Shown: positions 39,543-48,858 of the stretch, in pieces
Layout of the letters: each line of letters starts with the position of its first letter
Position numbering within the stretch: the stretch's first letter is position 1
Assembly: GCA_038134595.1 (NCBI GenBank)
Contig: JAYPVM010000011.1
Location: 26,694 to 90,693 of the forward strand
DNA from: Pseudomonadota bacterium
Lineage (GTDB): Bacteria; Bdellovibrionota_C; UBA2361; OMII01
Length of the DNA stretch: 64,000 bases
Direction of reading: 5' to 3'
The notes under the pieces: model-generated
Seen by the model: only the letters and a program-made list of their open reading frames with translations
What the model was told of the DNA's origin: nothing
The model's database searches: none
Program-made: the position numbers and the translations under genes

Positions 39543-39711
39543 GGTTCATTCCTTAAAAAACCCTCGAACCACTTTAGCTACACTAAGTAGCTCCACTTCA
39601 GGAGAGTACCCTCCTTCAGCAGCTTACACAAATCTGATAAAGCACTAAAGACACACATAATTGCTGTTTTAAGCGTCCTAAGATAAGTTGGCTTGCGTTA
39701 TATCACCAACC

Positions 39712-41247
39712 TTACAGGGCTAAAACGTCCAGTGCCTCTCTAGCCACCTCTCCATCATGAAAGGGATGCTTAACGCCCTGTATCTCCTGATACGGCTCGT
39801 GCCCCTTCCCGGCGACAAGCACAACGTCACCCTCCTTGGCCATGGCTATCGCCTTATGAATGGCGGCTCTCCTATCGACCTCCACGATTACACGGTGTTG
39901 TAAGGCATCAGAAACACCTGCCACAATATCAGCGATGATCGTATCGGGATCCTCTGTACGAGGGTTATCGGATGTAACGACAGATAAATCAGCATGCTCC
40001 GCTGAGATCTGTCCCATGATACTTCGCTTTCCCGCATCTCTATCTCCCCCACAACCAAACACGCAGATTACTCTGCCATCGGGCACAAGTGGCTTTAGAA
40101 ATTCAAGAACCTTTAAGAGCGCATCAGGCTTATGAGCATAGTCAATATACACCGGCACCTTGCCACCATCTATATGCTCTAACCTCCCCGGAACAGGCGG
40201 CACCTCGGACATCACCTTCTCTATCGCATACGTTGACCAACCAAGCTCTACTAAGGCAAGTATGGCACAAGCAAGATTGTATACGTTGTGAGTCCCAATG
40301 CTTGAGCTCCTAATGGAGATCGCTTCCTGTCCACCCTTTGCAAGCGTAAAGGAGATTCCTGTTTTAGTAGCTACAACATCACGCAGCACACCGTCGGCTT
40401 CGATATTCATGCTCGAAAACACTATCGTGCGCACCTCTGGGCATTCCCTCCGGACACGACTAGCTAATCTCTCGCCAGCTGCATCATCTCCGTTAATAAT
40501 TGCAAAGCGATTTTGCTTCGGTGAACTAGCGACATCGCGCACAAAGAGCGTTGCCTTAGCCTCCTCGTATTCCTCCATCGTATCGTGTAAATCAAGGTGA
40601 TCTCGAGATAGATTGGTGAATATTGCCCCATCCCACGCAACATATCGCATACGACTTTGCACAACCCCTTGCGATGTTGCTTCAAACACCGAGGAGACTG
40701 CACCACCAGCGACTGCATCAGCTAAAAGCCTCTGCACCGAGATAGGATCAATGCTTGTATTCCCAAGCTCAATGAGCTCTCTTGCTGGATTATCATCATC
40801 GGCTAGTGTTGTGTATCCAAGTGTTCCTCCAAGAAATGTTTTCTGCCCCAGAGCGTGCATTGCATGCGAGAGAAACCACGATACCGATGTCTTACCACTG
40901 GTTCCGGTGATAGCGATATTTGTCGTGCTGTGGCTTGGCTTTCCATAAAAGCAATGCGCCGCATACGCCAAAGCCTCTCGAATATCGTGTACGTGAATAA
41001 GCGGCGCGTCTTTAGAAACGTTTCGAGGCCTCTCTCCCTCATAGACGACGGCGGCAACATTTCGAGCGACAACCTCTGAAACAACCTGCTTCGCATCAAA
41101 AACAGCTCCAGAAATCGCGAAAAAAAGCTCATTTGCGGAAATCGTACGGGAATCACTTGATATGCCACAAACCTCTCTCTCTCCAAGTAAAGTAAGGATA
41201 TGAGAGTCACACACAAACTCCTTAGAGATGAGGTCTTGCACCCTCAT
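39712..41247 (-). CDS. murE: UDP-MurNAc-L-Ala-D-Glu--meso-diaminopimelate ligase
   Basis: SDSR, ITGTSGKTS, FTNLSRDHLD, PGRLE, DYAHKPD, FGCGGDRD.GKR, SDNPRTE (meso-DAP type), AGKGHE. Confidence 0.95.
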   Translation of the reverse strand: MRVQDLISKEFVCDSHILTLLGEREVCGISSDSRTISANELFFAISGAVFDAKQVVSEVVARNVAAVVYEGERPRNVSKDAPLIHVHDIREALAYAAHCFYGKPSHSTTNIAITGTSGKTSVSWFLSHAMHALGQKTFLGGTLGYTTLADDDNPARELIELGNTSIDPISVQRLLADAVAGGAVSSVFEATSQGVVQSRMRYVAWDGAIFTNLSRDHLDLHDTMEEYEEAKATLFVRDVASSPKQNRFAIINGDDAAGERLASRVRRECPEVRTIVFSSMNIEADGVLRDVVATKTGISFTLAKGGQEAISIRSSSIGTHNVYNLACAILALVELGWSTYAIEKVMSEVPPVPGRLEHIDGGKVPVYIDYAHKPDALLKVLEFLKPLVPDGRVICVFGCGGDRDAGKRSIMGQISAEHADLSVVTSDNPRTEDPDTIIADIVAGVSDALQHRVIVEVDRRAAIHKAIAMAKEGDVVLVAGKGHEPYQEIQGVKHPFHDGEVAREALDVLAL

Positions 41248-42095
41248 CGTGGCAGCCCTCCATCATACATCTCAGCCGCTATGTCACCACTACTTATCTT
41301 AGTGACAGGCCCCGCTAATTCAAGGTTCCAATTGTCATCGATAGAGATAGCTAGGTCTCCGCCTGGCATATGCACCGTCACCTCACTATCAACAAGCCCC
41401 TGCTTGCGAGCCACGCAAGCAACAGCACTAGCACTTGATCCTGATGCTAGTGTGTATCCGGCACCTCTCTCCCATATCTCTACCTCAAGCTCCTTTCGAT
41501 TGAGGACTTGCGCAAACTGCACATTAATTCTCTCTGGAAACATCGGATGATGCTCAAGATAGGGCCCAAAACGAAGAACATCATCCTTGCAATCTTTAGA
41601 ATGCAACACAACACAATGAGGATTTCCGACATTGACGCAATTTATAGACAACGATACACCGTCAACCTCAAGCAACTCGGCAATAATTTCTCGCTCGCTT
41701 CCGGTTGCAGGAATCGCAGAGCTAAGAAATCTCGCCTCGCCTAAAGACACTTGTATCAGTGTTTGAGGGTTAAAGATCTGTGCTTGAATCTCTCTGTCGC
41801 CTTTTGCGCGCATCACAAATCTATCACCACCTACTACCCCCAAATCGTGGAGCGCTCGTGCAGCGATTCGCATCCCATTACCACTTGTTTCCGCCTCACT
41901 ACCATCGGGATTTAAAATCCGCACGCTGATTCCGCTAGCATTAGCCTCATCGATAAGAACAATTCCATCCGAACCAACACCGAAATTTCTGTGACATATA
42001 GCGACTACCCTGTGCGGCGTAAGCGGTGCATCCAGATCTTGAGTGCGCAAAACAATATAATCGTTTCCTAATCCGTGATAGCGCGTGTATTTCAT
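41244..42095 (-). CDS. dapF: Diaminopimelate epimerase
   Basis: YHGLGNDY, RNFGVGSDG, NPDGSEAETSGNG, VGNPHCV, WERGAGYTLASGSS; both usual catalytic Cys positions appear to be Ser. Confidence 0.9.
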   Translation of the reverse strand: MKYTRYHGLGNDYIVLRTQDLDAPLTPHRVVAICHRNFGVGSDGIVLIDEANASGISVRILNPDGSEAETSGNGMRIAARALHDLGVVGGDRFVMRAKGDREIQAQIFNPQTLIQVSLGEARFLSSAIPATGSEREIIAELLEVDGVSLSINCVNVGNPHCVVLHSKDCKDDVLRFGPYLEHHPMFPERINVQFAQVLNRKELEVEIWERGAGYTLASGSSASAVACVARKQGLVDSEVTVHMPGGDLAISIDDNWNLELAGPVTKISSGDIAAEMYDGGLPR

Positions 42096-43366
42096 AGCTT
42101 AAAATCTTCTAATGCATCAAACGCAAGTGTCGCAAAGTGATCGGCTAATGTTTCTTTGCGCCTAATCTCCACAAGAGCACCATTTCTTCGGATTAAAACC
42201 TCAGCAGCTCGAAGCTTTCCGTTGTAGTTAAAACCCATCGAATGCCCGTGCGCTCCTGTGTCGTGAATAACCAAAGTATCGCCTATCTCAATCGGAGGTA
42301 AAAGGCGCTGAACGGCGAATTTATCGTTATTTTCGCACAACGACCCTACAACATCGTACTTTTCACCCTCTCCTTGCTCTAATTGAACTTCCCCATCTCT
42401 CAGCACTGAAATATGGTGATACGCTCCGTACATCCCCGGCCTCATCAAATCAGCCATCGTCGCGTCTACTCCGATGTAGTTTCGATACGTATCTTTCTTG
42501 TGTATAACCTCAGTAATTAAATATCCATAGGGCCCCGTAATATACCGGCCGCACTCCATGAACAGCCTTGGTAGAGAGATTTCGCTTCCGTTGAGCATCC
42601 GGTCATACACCTGCCTAATGCTCGCACTCACCTCTGCAATCGACAGGGATTTGTCATCAGGTCGATACGGGATGCCTAATCCACCCCCCATATTGATAAA
42701 GTCTATTGTAATACCCAGCTCTCTCTTTAGTTCGCAGACGATACTGAGTAACAACTCGACGGTTTTTGCAAAATACCTGCCATCGAGTTCGTTTGAGATA
42801 GGCATTGTATGGAGCCCATATCTCTTTACTCCAAGCTCTCGCGCATGACGGTAGGCTTCAAACAACTGCTTCCGAGTTAACCCAAACTTAGCCTCTTTGG
42901 GGTTTCCTATTATCTCACTTCCCCCCAATCGACCTCCTGGATTAAGGCGAAATGAAAGCGTTTCAGGGAGTCCTAATCCTTGTTGAAGGAAATCTAGATG
43001 AGATATGTCATCTAAATTTATAATCGCGCCCAAGGCTTTCGCCTCTGCGTATTCCGAAAGCGGTGTGTTGTTGGAGGTAAACATTATAGATTCGCCCGCG
43101 ACACCACAACGCTTGCTAAGTTCAAGTTCTGCAAGCGAACTGCAATCCATGCCAAAGCCCTGATTAGCTAAAAGCTTGATTAGAAACGGATTTGGCGTAG
43201 CCTTTACGGCAAAGTATTCTCTAAACCCCTCGCACCACGAGAACGCTTGATTGAGCCACTTTGCATTATCCACGATGCCTTGTTCATCATATACGTGTAG
43301 CGGCGTGCCAAAACGATTAGAAGCACAAATGAGAGCATCAACTAGGGCGGATGTAAGGGGCTTCAT
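42092..43366 (-). CDS. lysA: Diaminopimelate decarboxylase
   Basis: GTPLHVYDE, YFAVKATPN, AKFG, NMGGG, ECGRYI, GSLCENND, GAHGHSMGFNYNG; ATG 43366 preferred over the ORF-track start at 43456. Confidence 0.95.
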   Translation of the reverse strand: MKPLTSALVDALICASNRFGTPLHVYDEQGIVDNAKWLNQAFSWCEGFREYFAVKATPNPFLIKLLANQGFGMDCSSLAELELSKRCGVAGESIMFTSNNTPLSEYAEAKALGAIINLDDISHLDFLQQGLGLPETLSFRLNPGGRLGGSEIIGNPKEAKFGLTRKQLFEAYRHARELGVKRYGLHTMPISNELDGRYFAKTVELLLSIVCELKRELGITIDFINMGGGLGIPYRPDDKSLSIAEVSASIRQVYDRMLNGSEISLPRLFMECGRYITGPYGYLITEVIHKKDTYRNYIGVDATMADLMRPGMYGAYHHISVLRDGEVQLEQGEGEKYDVVGSLCENNDKFAVQRLLPPIEIGDTLVIHDTGAHGHSMGFNYNGKLRAAEVLIRRNGALVEIRRKETLADHFATLAFDALEDFKL

Positions 43367-43668
43367 TGTCAATGTGCAATCGGTTAGATTCGTTGTTTCT
43401 AAGTAGCCAGGTGGACTGTAGTAACCATGCTGAAGTACCACATTGCTATGCGCCAAACAATCTCGAATTGTAGCATGTCTTAATCCGTCACTTTCAAATC
43501 TGCATAACTTTACTCTCGCCTTTCCCAGTTAACCTTCGCAAGCTCTACAAGCGGGGGGGAGCACATCAAGAATGTACCAATGGCAATGAAATCTCCAGCA
43601 GATAATCACATAGAGGACAACCAAAGATATGGACTAGGCATACGGCTTATCTATATTGCGTAATTATA

Positions 43669-44787
43669 TTAAAGCCCTAATTCCTTTCGCATCGCCGTAT
43701 CAAGCGATTTATTTTTTAATCGTAAGATGATAATCGCGGACATGCTCAAGAAAAGAAAAACAAAACATGTAGAGGCGCATAAAGAGTCAGTAAAGGAATT
43801 TATGCCTAGAAAATTCTTTTTGATTAAAAGTTGTCTAACAAAAAAGCCAAGCTCGTAGTGTGCGACGTATACAAAAAGTGAATAGGCGCCAAAGGTACAT
43901 ATAATCCTCGACAGCGTCTTAGGGAACCTCTTGGCAATGAGCATTCCTAAGCATATAGCAAACGCTATCCTAAGGAGGTCGCCAATACTTCCGGCAAGAT
44001 GCGGTACGGCAATTACATGTTGATACGATAAAAGAAACGGTACACTCAGCATGCAAACATACGGAAACGACTTCGAAATAAAGCGTGGCCAGTGGTATTT
44101 ATGTTCTATCAGCACTCCGATACAAATCCCGACAATTCCCGCAATAGTAACACCGAATAATTCGTAGATATCGAAGAGCATGTAGCTAGAGAGATCGAAT
44201 GTTTCTAAAGACCTGGGGATATATACATAGCTCCTAGCTAACAACAAAATAGAGCCAGCGGATATGCAGGCAAGAAGGGTCCCAAGACCAGATTTTCTTA
44301 TTAGCACACCAGCAAAAATAAGAAATACAGCAATTCGAACTACAAATCTTTCCGGGCCAAAACTTCTCCCGGCAATTAAGAAATTGACCAGAGATGCCAC
44401 AACGCTATCAAACTTAAGTAGGGTTAAACTGTGCGAAAAAGAGACCCGAAAAAAAATTGCTATAAATAAGCAAACAGCTATAAGCTTCACTCCCCTTCTG
44501 AAACAATACTTCTGTAGAGATTGCTCGGCACTCAGTTTCCCCCGTAATAAATAAAGTGCGACGCCCGTTATGCCAACAAAGCCACGCGTATATTCATGAA
44601 AGAAAACTGGGAATTGTGCAAAATAGGCTTCTGAAAGATCGCAAAATATCTTCCAGCTATGACTCCACAACATGAATATAATCATGAAGCCTTTACTAGC
44701 ATCGATCCACTTGATTCTTTCATTCATCGCCACTTCCCAGAGGAGTGGATTTGCACTATGCCCATCCATGCTTACTGACTTCGCCAT
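43669..44787 (-). CDS. Membrane acyltransferase-like protein (OpgC / Acyl_transf_3 clan)
   Basis: RIKWIDASKGFMIIFMLWSH, multiple TM segments, GAYSLFVYVAH; AT-rich. Confidence 0.65.
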   Translation of the reverse strand: MAKSVSMDGHSANPLLWEVAMNERIKWIDASKGFMIIFMLWSHSWKIFCDLSEAYFAQFPVFFHEYTRGFVGITGVALYLLRGKLSAEQSLQKYCFRRGVKLIAVCLFIAIFFRVSFSHSLTLLKFDSVVASLVNFLIAGRSFGPERFVVRIAVFLIFAGVLIRKSGLGTLLACISAGSILLLARSYVYIPRSLETFDLSSYMLFDIYELFGVTIAGIVGICIGVLIEHKYHWPRFISKSFPYVCMLSVPFLLSYQHVIAVPHLAGSIGDLLRIAFAICLGMLIAKRFPKTLSRIICTFGAYSLFVYVAHYELGFFVRQLLIKKNFLGINSFTDSLCASTCFVFLFLSMSAIIILRLKNKSLDTAMRKELGL

Positions 44788-44973
44788 CTAATGCTTACAT
44801 ATCTCTTAACCACAGGCTAGTCATTTTGTAGCGATTATCTCGGTGTTCACATGCGAAGAATCGTGTTCATACCCAGCAGAGCCTTCGGTCTTCTTTCCCT
44901 TGGCAACGATTTATTCACTCGATAGATTCGCTGGCCACTAGTATTCTGATCATCGTGGCAACAACCACCACTT

Positions 44974-46116
44974 CTACTGTATCATATACGAATACACCGA
45001 CTTCCACGACTTCGTTCCCATAGCATCCATCAAACCAGTGTACCACTCTCGTAGGACAACGACCTCGCTCTCCAGCTCATCATTTATAGCGCGGCTTTCG
45101 CGCATATCTTCAGGAGAGCTGATGCCACCTACATGCACCACCACAAAGTCTAGTTTTTGGGCAGAAACAGCACGCGCCGCAGAGCGTGCTTGGCTAAATG
45201 AAAAATCTCGTATCGCCTTTCCACTCACTCCGCCTTGAAAATTTTTTGTATAATAGTCAAAGATACGCCGATCGCTTTGGGAAATCGCAGATGCTAACTC
45301 AGTATAATTTTTCTGTGTGTTTACAATGACAACCCCATCGACACCAAGGGATGCTAAAAATCGCACTGTATACCCAACATCTCCTAGGTCGGCGAGCTTT
45401 ACCAACACGGGAACGTAGCGGTTTTCGTTGTCACGGAGCTCTATGACCCTCCTAATGCGTGTTGCCATAGCATCTTGCCCGGCGTCGTGAGCGGTATTTG
45501 GACAGCTCTCATTGATCTCAATAAAGTCCGCTACCTCTAAAGCCTTTCGAACGCACGTTTCAATCCCCGCAAGTTTCTCCTCCTCAGAGCTGTGATTTGG
45601 ATGCCCCATAATGCTTACACCAATAGGAAAGTCTTTCGGATTTACTCGCTCCTTAAATCGTCTAATCGTTTTCACTGTCCTATCGATTCCCTTGCTCGGC
45701 AAGCCAAGTGAATTGATCGCAGACTCCGATCCCGGCAACGGAGTCCAAGGGTTGACCTTCCAGAATCCCACCCGCGCCTGATTCCCAGTGTATGGTTCAC
45801 TTAACACTGTTCCAACGACAGCAAAGCCTGCTCCTAAACGATAATTAAACTCGAGCAAAGAGCCGTCTTTATCAAAACCTGCGGCGTTACCGAGATCATT
45901 TCGAAATGCTAGCCGATTCTTAAAGAGCTGAATCGTTGGCTGCCGGACTGCCCCCGGGGAATGCACCGAGCCACGTGGCATATAACAAGCAAGCGCCCTT
46001 AGATAAGGGGTTCGAGTTAGAGAATAGAGCGCCACAAAAGCCCGCGCTGGCAACAACGCCGCGGCAGTACTCCGTAGCTTTGTTTCAATATGACCTACAC
46101 ATTCGATTAGATTCAT
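44974..46116 (-). CDS. pyrD: Dihydroorotate dehydrogenase
   Basis: GNAAGFDK, INSLGLPSKG, EINESCPNT, PVLVKL, VNT, GGVSG, HVGGIS, YTGL. Confidence 0.8.
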   Translation of the reverse strand: MNLIECVGHIETKLRSTAAALLPARAFVALYSLTRTPYLRALACYMPRGSVHSPGAVRQPTIQLFKNRLAFRNDLGNAAGFDKDGSLLEFNYRLGAGFAVVGTVLSEPYTGNQARVGFWKVNPWTPLPGSESAINSLGLPSKGIDRTVKTIRRFKERVNPKDFPIGVSIMGHPNHSSEEEKLAGIETCVRKALEVADFIEINESCPNTAHDAGQDAMATRIRRVIELRDNENRYVPVLVKLADLGDVGYTVRFLASLGVDGVVIVNTQKNYTELASAISQSDRRIFDYYTKNFQGGVSGKAIRDFSFSQARSAARAVSAQKLDFVVVHVGGISSPEDMRESRAINDELESEVVVLREWYTGLMDAMGTKSWKSVYSYMIQ

Positions 46117-46281
46117 GGTTCAGTGACTGTCTATAATTCGCTATTACTTATCCAGCCCCTTGATACCACGTAAACACTGTATTCCTCCACTCCTAAAGGT
46201 CGTGTGCGGCAGAAAGCCTTGCAAATTGCACTCTTGATTGGGAGCCTCAATGATACAATGTGTTTGCATTCTGGTCGCAGT

Positions 46282-47592
46282 CTATCGACGTAAGTAATTC
46301 CGGAGCGCAAGCTTACGAGGTTCCATCTCTTTGCTAGTGCCCTGTAGATTATCAATCAGCTGAAAAAGTTGCCTCCGAGTTTGGTCAGACAAGTAATCTT
46401 GAGCCAAGCCTTCACATCGCTCCAAGGAATGATCATCGCTATCCGGAATCTTTGAAATTATCGATAAAATCGCCGCTTTCACATCCGGAATTTCATCCTT
46501 GCGTGCGTCATACAACTGCCAAAGCTGCTTCAAAACACCGCCACACTGCTGTCTATCTAAGCTGTCAGATAAAACTGCCACATTCGAGCCTAGATGTCGT
46601 ACGCGCCCTCTCTTCGCCGACCATAAACCTGAGACTAATCTGCCAAGTGCCTCTTCTTGAACCCATCCCCGACCGAGTTGGGCGATTGTAAAATCAAGGT
46701 CTGCCTCTGTTAAAGAATCATCTACTCTCGGTGCAATCGCCAAAGCATACTCAAGCCCGCTTTCTAGCCGCGTACTTCGACATCCTTCATAAAATTTTCT
46801 CGTAATAGCCTCATTGTTTGGCTTTTGCGATACTTCTCGGATTTTGAAGGCGATTGCTGCCTCAAGAAATCCACTCTCATCTGAGAGCGTCGCGCCTTCA
46901 GAACTGTTTATCCATACATCTAAGAACGCACACGCTGACTTCTGACTTCCCAAGCATACATTAAGTGCTGTCTCCTTCGCTAACAGAGAGAAATCTTTTG
47001 AGCGAGCGGTTCTAAACGAGATTGCCATGCTACTCGATGGTGGTTCGGCGGTAACTTCAGACACCCATGTTCTATACTCTTCAAAAAGCGCTCTAGCCTC
47101 CTCTGAGAGTGCTTCCTTAAATGCAAAAACTCTTTCATCTGGTTCCATCTGTCCTGCGCCCAAAGACAAGACAGCAAAGGGAATAAAGGCGTGCTCTGCA
47201 TCTTTGTCAAGCGCGCCGAGCGTGGTTGCCGAAGCAATGCTAAGGTCGTGTTGCGTACTCCCGAGGTATTCAAGCAACACAGGGACAAACTCAGAACGCC
47301 TTCCCGCTAATCGTGGTATCGACTTTATCAGCTCCAGCTTTACCTGAGGTCTCGTTTCACGAACCAACGCGGTCATAAGACGCGTGGCGGTGCGCTCCGG
47401 CAAAACATCAACAGCCTGCAACGCACGCGCGGCTATCTTGCGAGTTTCTTCTGAAGGGTCTTCAAGGAAGGAGATAAGCAGATCAGCTCGGTGCCCGCTC
47501 TTGTTTAGGCGGAGACTAGCGAGTGAATCCTCTCCACGACCCTGTCCGGTAGAACTTAACCGTTTATGTCCAATTTTAGCTGACATTATCAA
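46282..47592 (-). CDS. HEAT-repeat-containing hypothetical protein
   Basis: LISFLEDPSEETRKIAARAL, LLEYLGSTQHDLSIASATTLGAL helical repeats. Confidence 0.6.
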   Translation of the reverse strand: MIMSAKIGHKRLSSTGQGRGEDSLASLRLNKSGHRADLLISFLEDPSEETRKIAARALQAVDVLPERTATRLMTALVRETRPQVKLELIKSIPRLAGRRSEFVPVLLEYLGSTQHDLSIASATTLGALDKDAEHAFIPFAVLSLGAGQMEPDERVFAFKEALSEEARALFEEYRTWVSEVTAEPPSSSMAISFRTARSKDFSLLAKETALNVCLGSQKSACAFLDVWINSSEGATLSDESGFLEAAIAFKIREVSQKPNNEAITRKFYEGCRSTRLESGLEYALAIAPRVDDSLTEADLDFTIAQLGRGWVQEEALGRLVSGLWSAKRGRVRHLGSNVAVLSDSLDRQQCGGVLKQLWQLYDARKDEIPDVKAAILSIISKIPDSDDHSLERCEGLAQDYLSDQTRRQLFQLIDNLQGTSKEMEPRKLALRNYLRR

Positions 47593-47819
47593 TAGCCAAT
47601 ACGGATCTGTTTAACGCTAATCAAACAATGTAACGATATTCTTTCTCACAAGCTAGCGGAATCTTATCACTGAATAAATCTCTGTTTAGTCGAAAATTCG
47701 TTGGTACCGAGTCATCTAAAGAAAGAGGCGAATCGTACGACCTGGATACACTAAGAGTGCAACAAAAATGCTCCTGCACTAATTCCCTACGTCGATTGAA
47801 TATCGTTACGATTAGGGAT

Positions 47820-48605
47820 CTAGCTCGATCTATCACAAACTGTAAAACCAAATTGGGCTGCGATATCCTCAGAAAAGATAGTGCTATAGCACTCAGGTAT
47901 GTTGCGAAGCTCTAGAGGTAATTGTCCGCCATCTCTTCGTTGTCTGGCGGCTAAGATAACACTATATGCTACCATCGGTGCTTGCATTTGCATGTCGGCA
48001 AAGTCAACAACTAGCGTGGCAGATTCGATATCGATCAAAAACTCTCGGAGTGAATCTCCCATACAACCGGGCATAGGGCGAACGAAAGTAACTTTATTGC
48101 CGTTTCCCTCCTCGGAAACCGAGACAAAATCATCAATCGACAAGCGTGGTAATGAAATTTCGCGAGAAGAAAACGGGGACCCATCGACCTCGGTAAGACT
48201 ATCCATAATACGGGAACACAAACTCCCCGACCCCAAGTCCGTCGGATTTGATGTATCAATACGCCACGAAAAAGCAGCTATAAATCTTTGGCTCCCCCTT
48301 TCATCGAGTAGGCGCATCCGAACCAACGAATCTCTCCACGTATCAGAAGCGACAAGAGTCCTCTCCCCCTCCCTAAGTGCACTTAACTTTGCAATTATCA
48401 AAGTATCAACTCCGCGAAGCGCTCGCACATCTACTACAATCGCTGCATCCCTTGGAATCATCCTTAGGGCTTTCTCTAGCATATCTGCGCTCGACTCCCC
48501 TCTTTCATTTATCGATAGAACATAAGCGTTGTTCGAAGTCTCTCTCACTTCAACTAAACTTGCCCTAGAAAATTCTGAAGCTCTATCCATCGCTAACGCT
48601 ACCAT
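47820..48605 (-). CDS. Hypothetical protein with two STAS-like domains
   Basis: AIVVDVRALRGVDTLIIAKL and LVVDFADMQM...LELRNIPECYSTIF; AGGAGG RBS. Confidence 0.5.
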   Translation of the reverse strand: MVALAMDRASEFSRASLVEVRETSNNAYVLSINERGESSADMLEKALRMIPRDAAIVVDVRALRGVDTLIIAKLSALREGERTLVASDTWRDSLVRMRLLDERGSQRFIAAFSWRIDTSNPTDLGSGSLCSRIMDSLTEVDGSPFSSREISLPRLSIDDFVSVSEEGNGNKVTFVRPMPGCMGDSLREFLIDIESATLVVDFADMQMQAPMVAYSVILAARQRRDGGQLPLELRNIPECYSTIFSEDIAAQFGFTVCDRSS

Positions 48606-48858
48606 CTCGCACCGCCTCCTGCTTTTTAGTTGACCTCTAGAATCTACCCCTCTTTCTAATTTTAACGAAGTAGAAATCAGTTTTGGAGCCGCAATGAAGC
48701 TAGCAAATTAACTCAAGTTGCCGGTTGGGCAAAATCGCGGCTTAATCTATAGTTTTGTGATAAAGCCCAGACAATGAGGCGCTCCCTCCCCTCCTTTGAC
48801 TTGTTGTAGCCCTATAGTATTGGTATAACTACAGCGCTTATTTACTTATCTATACGGG

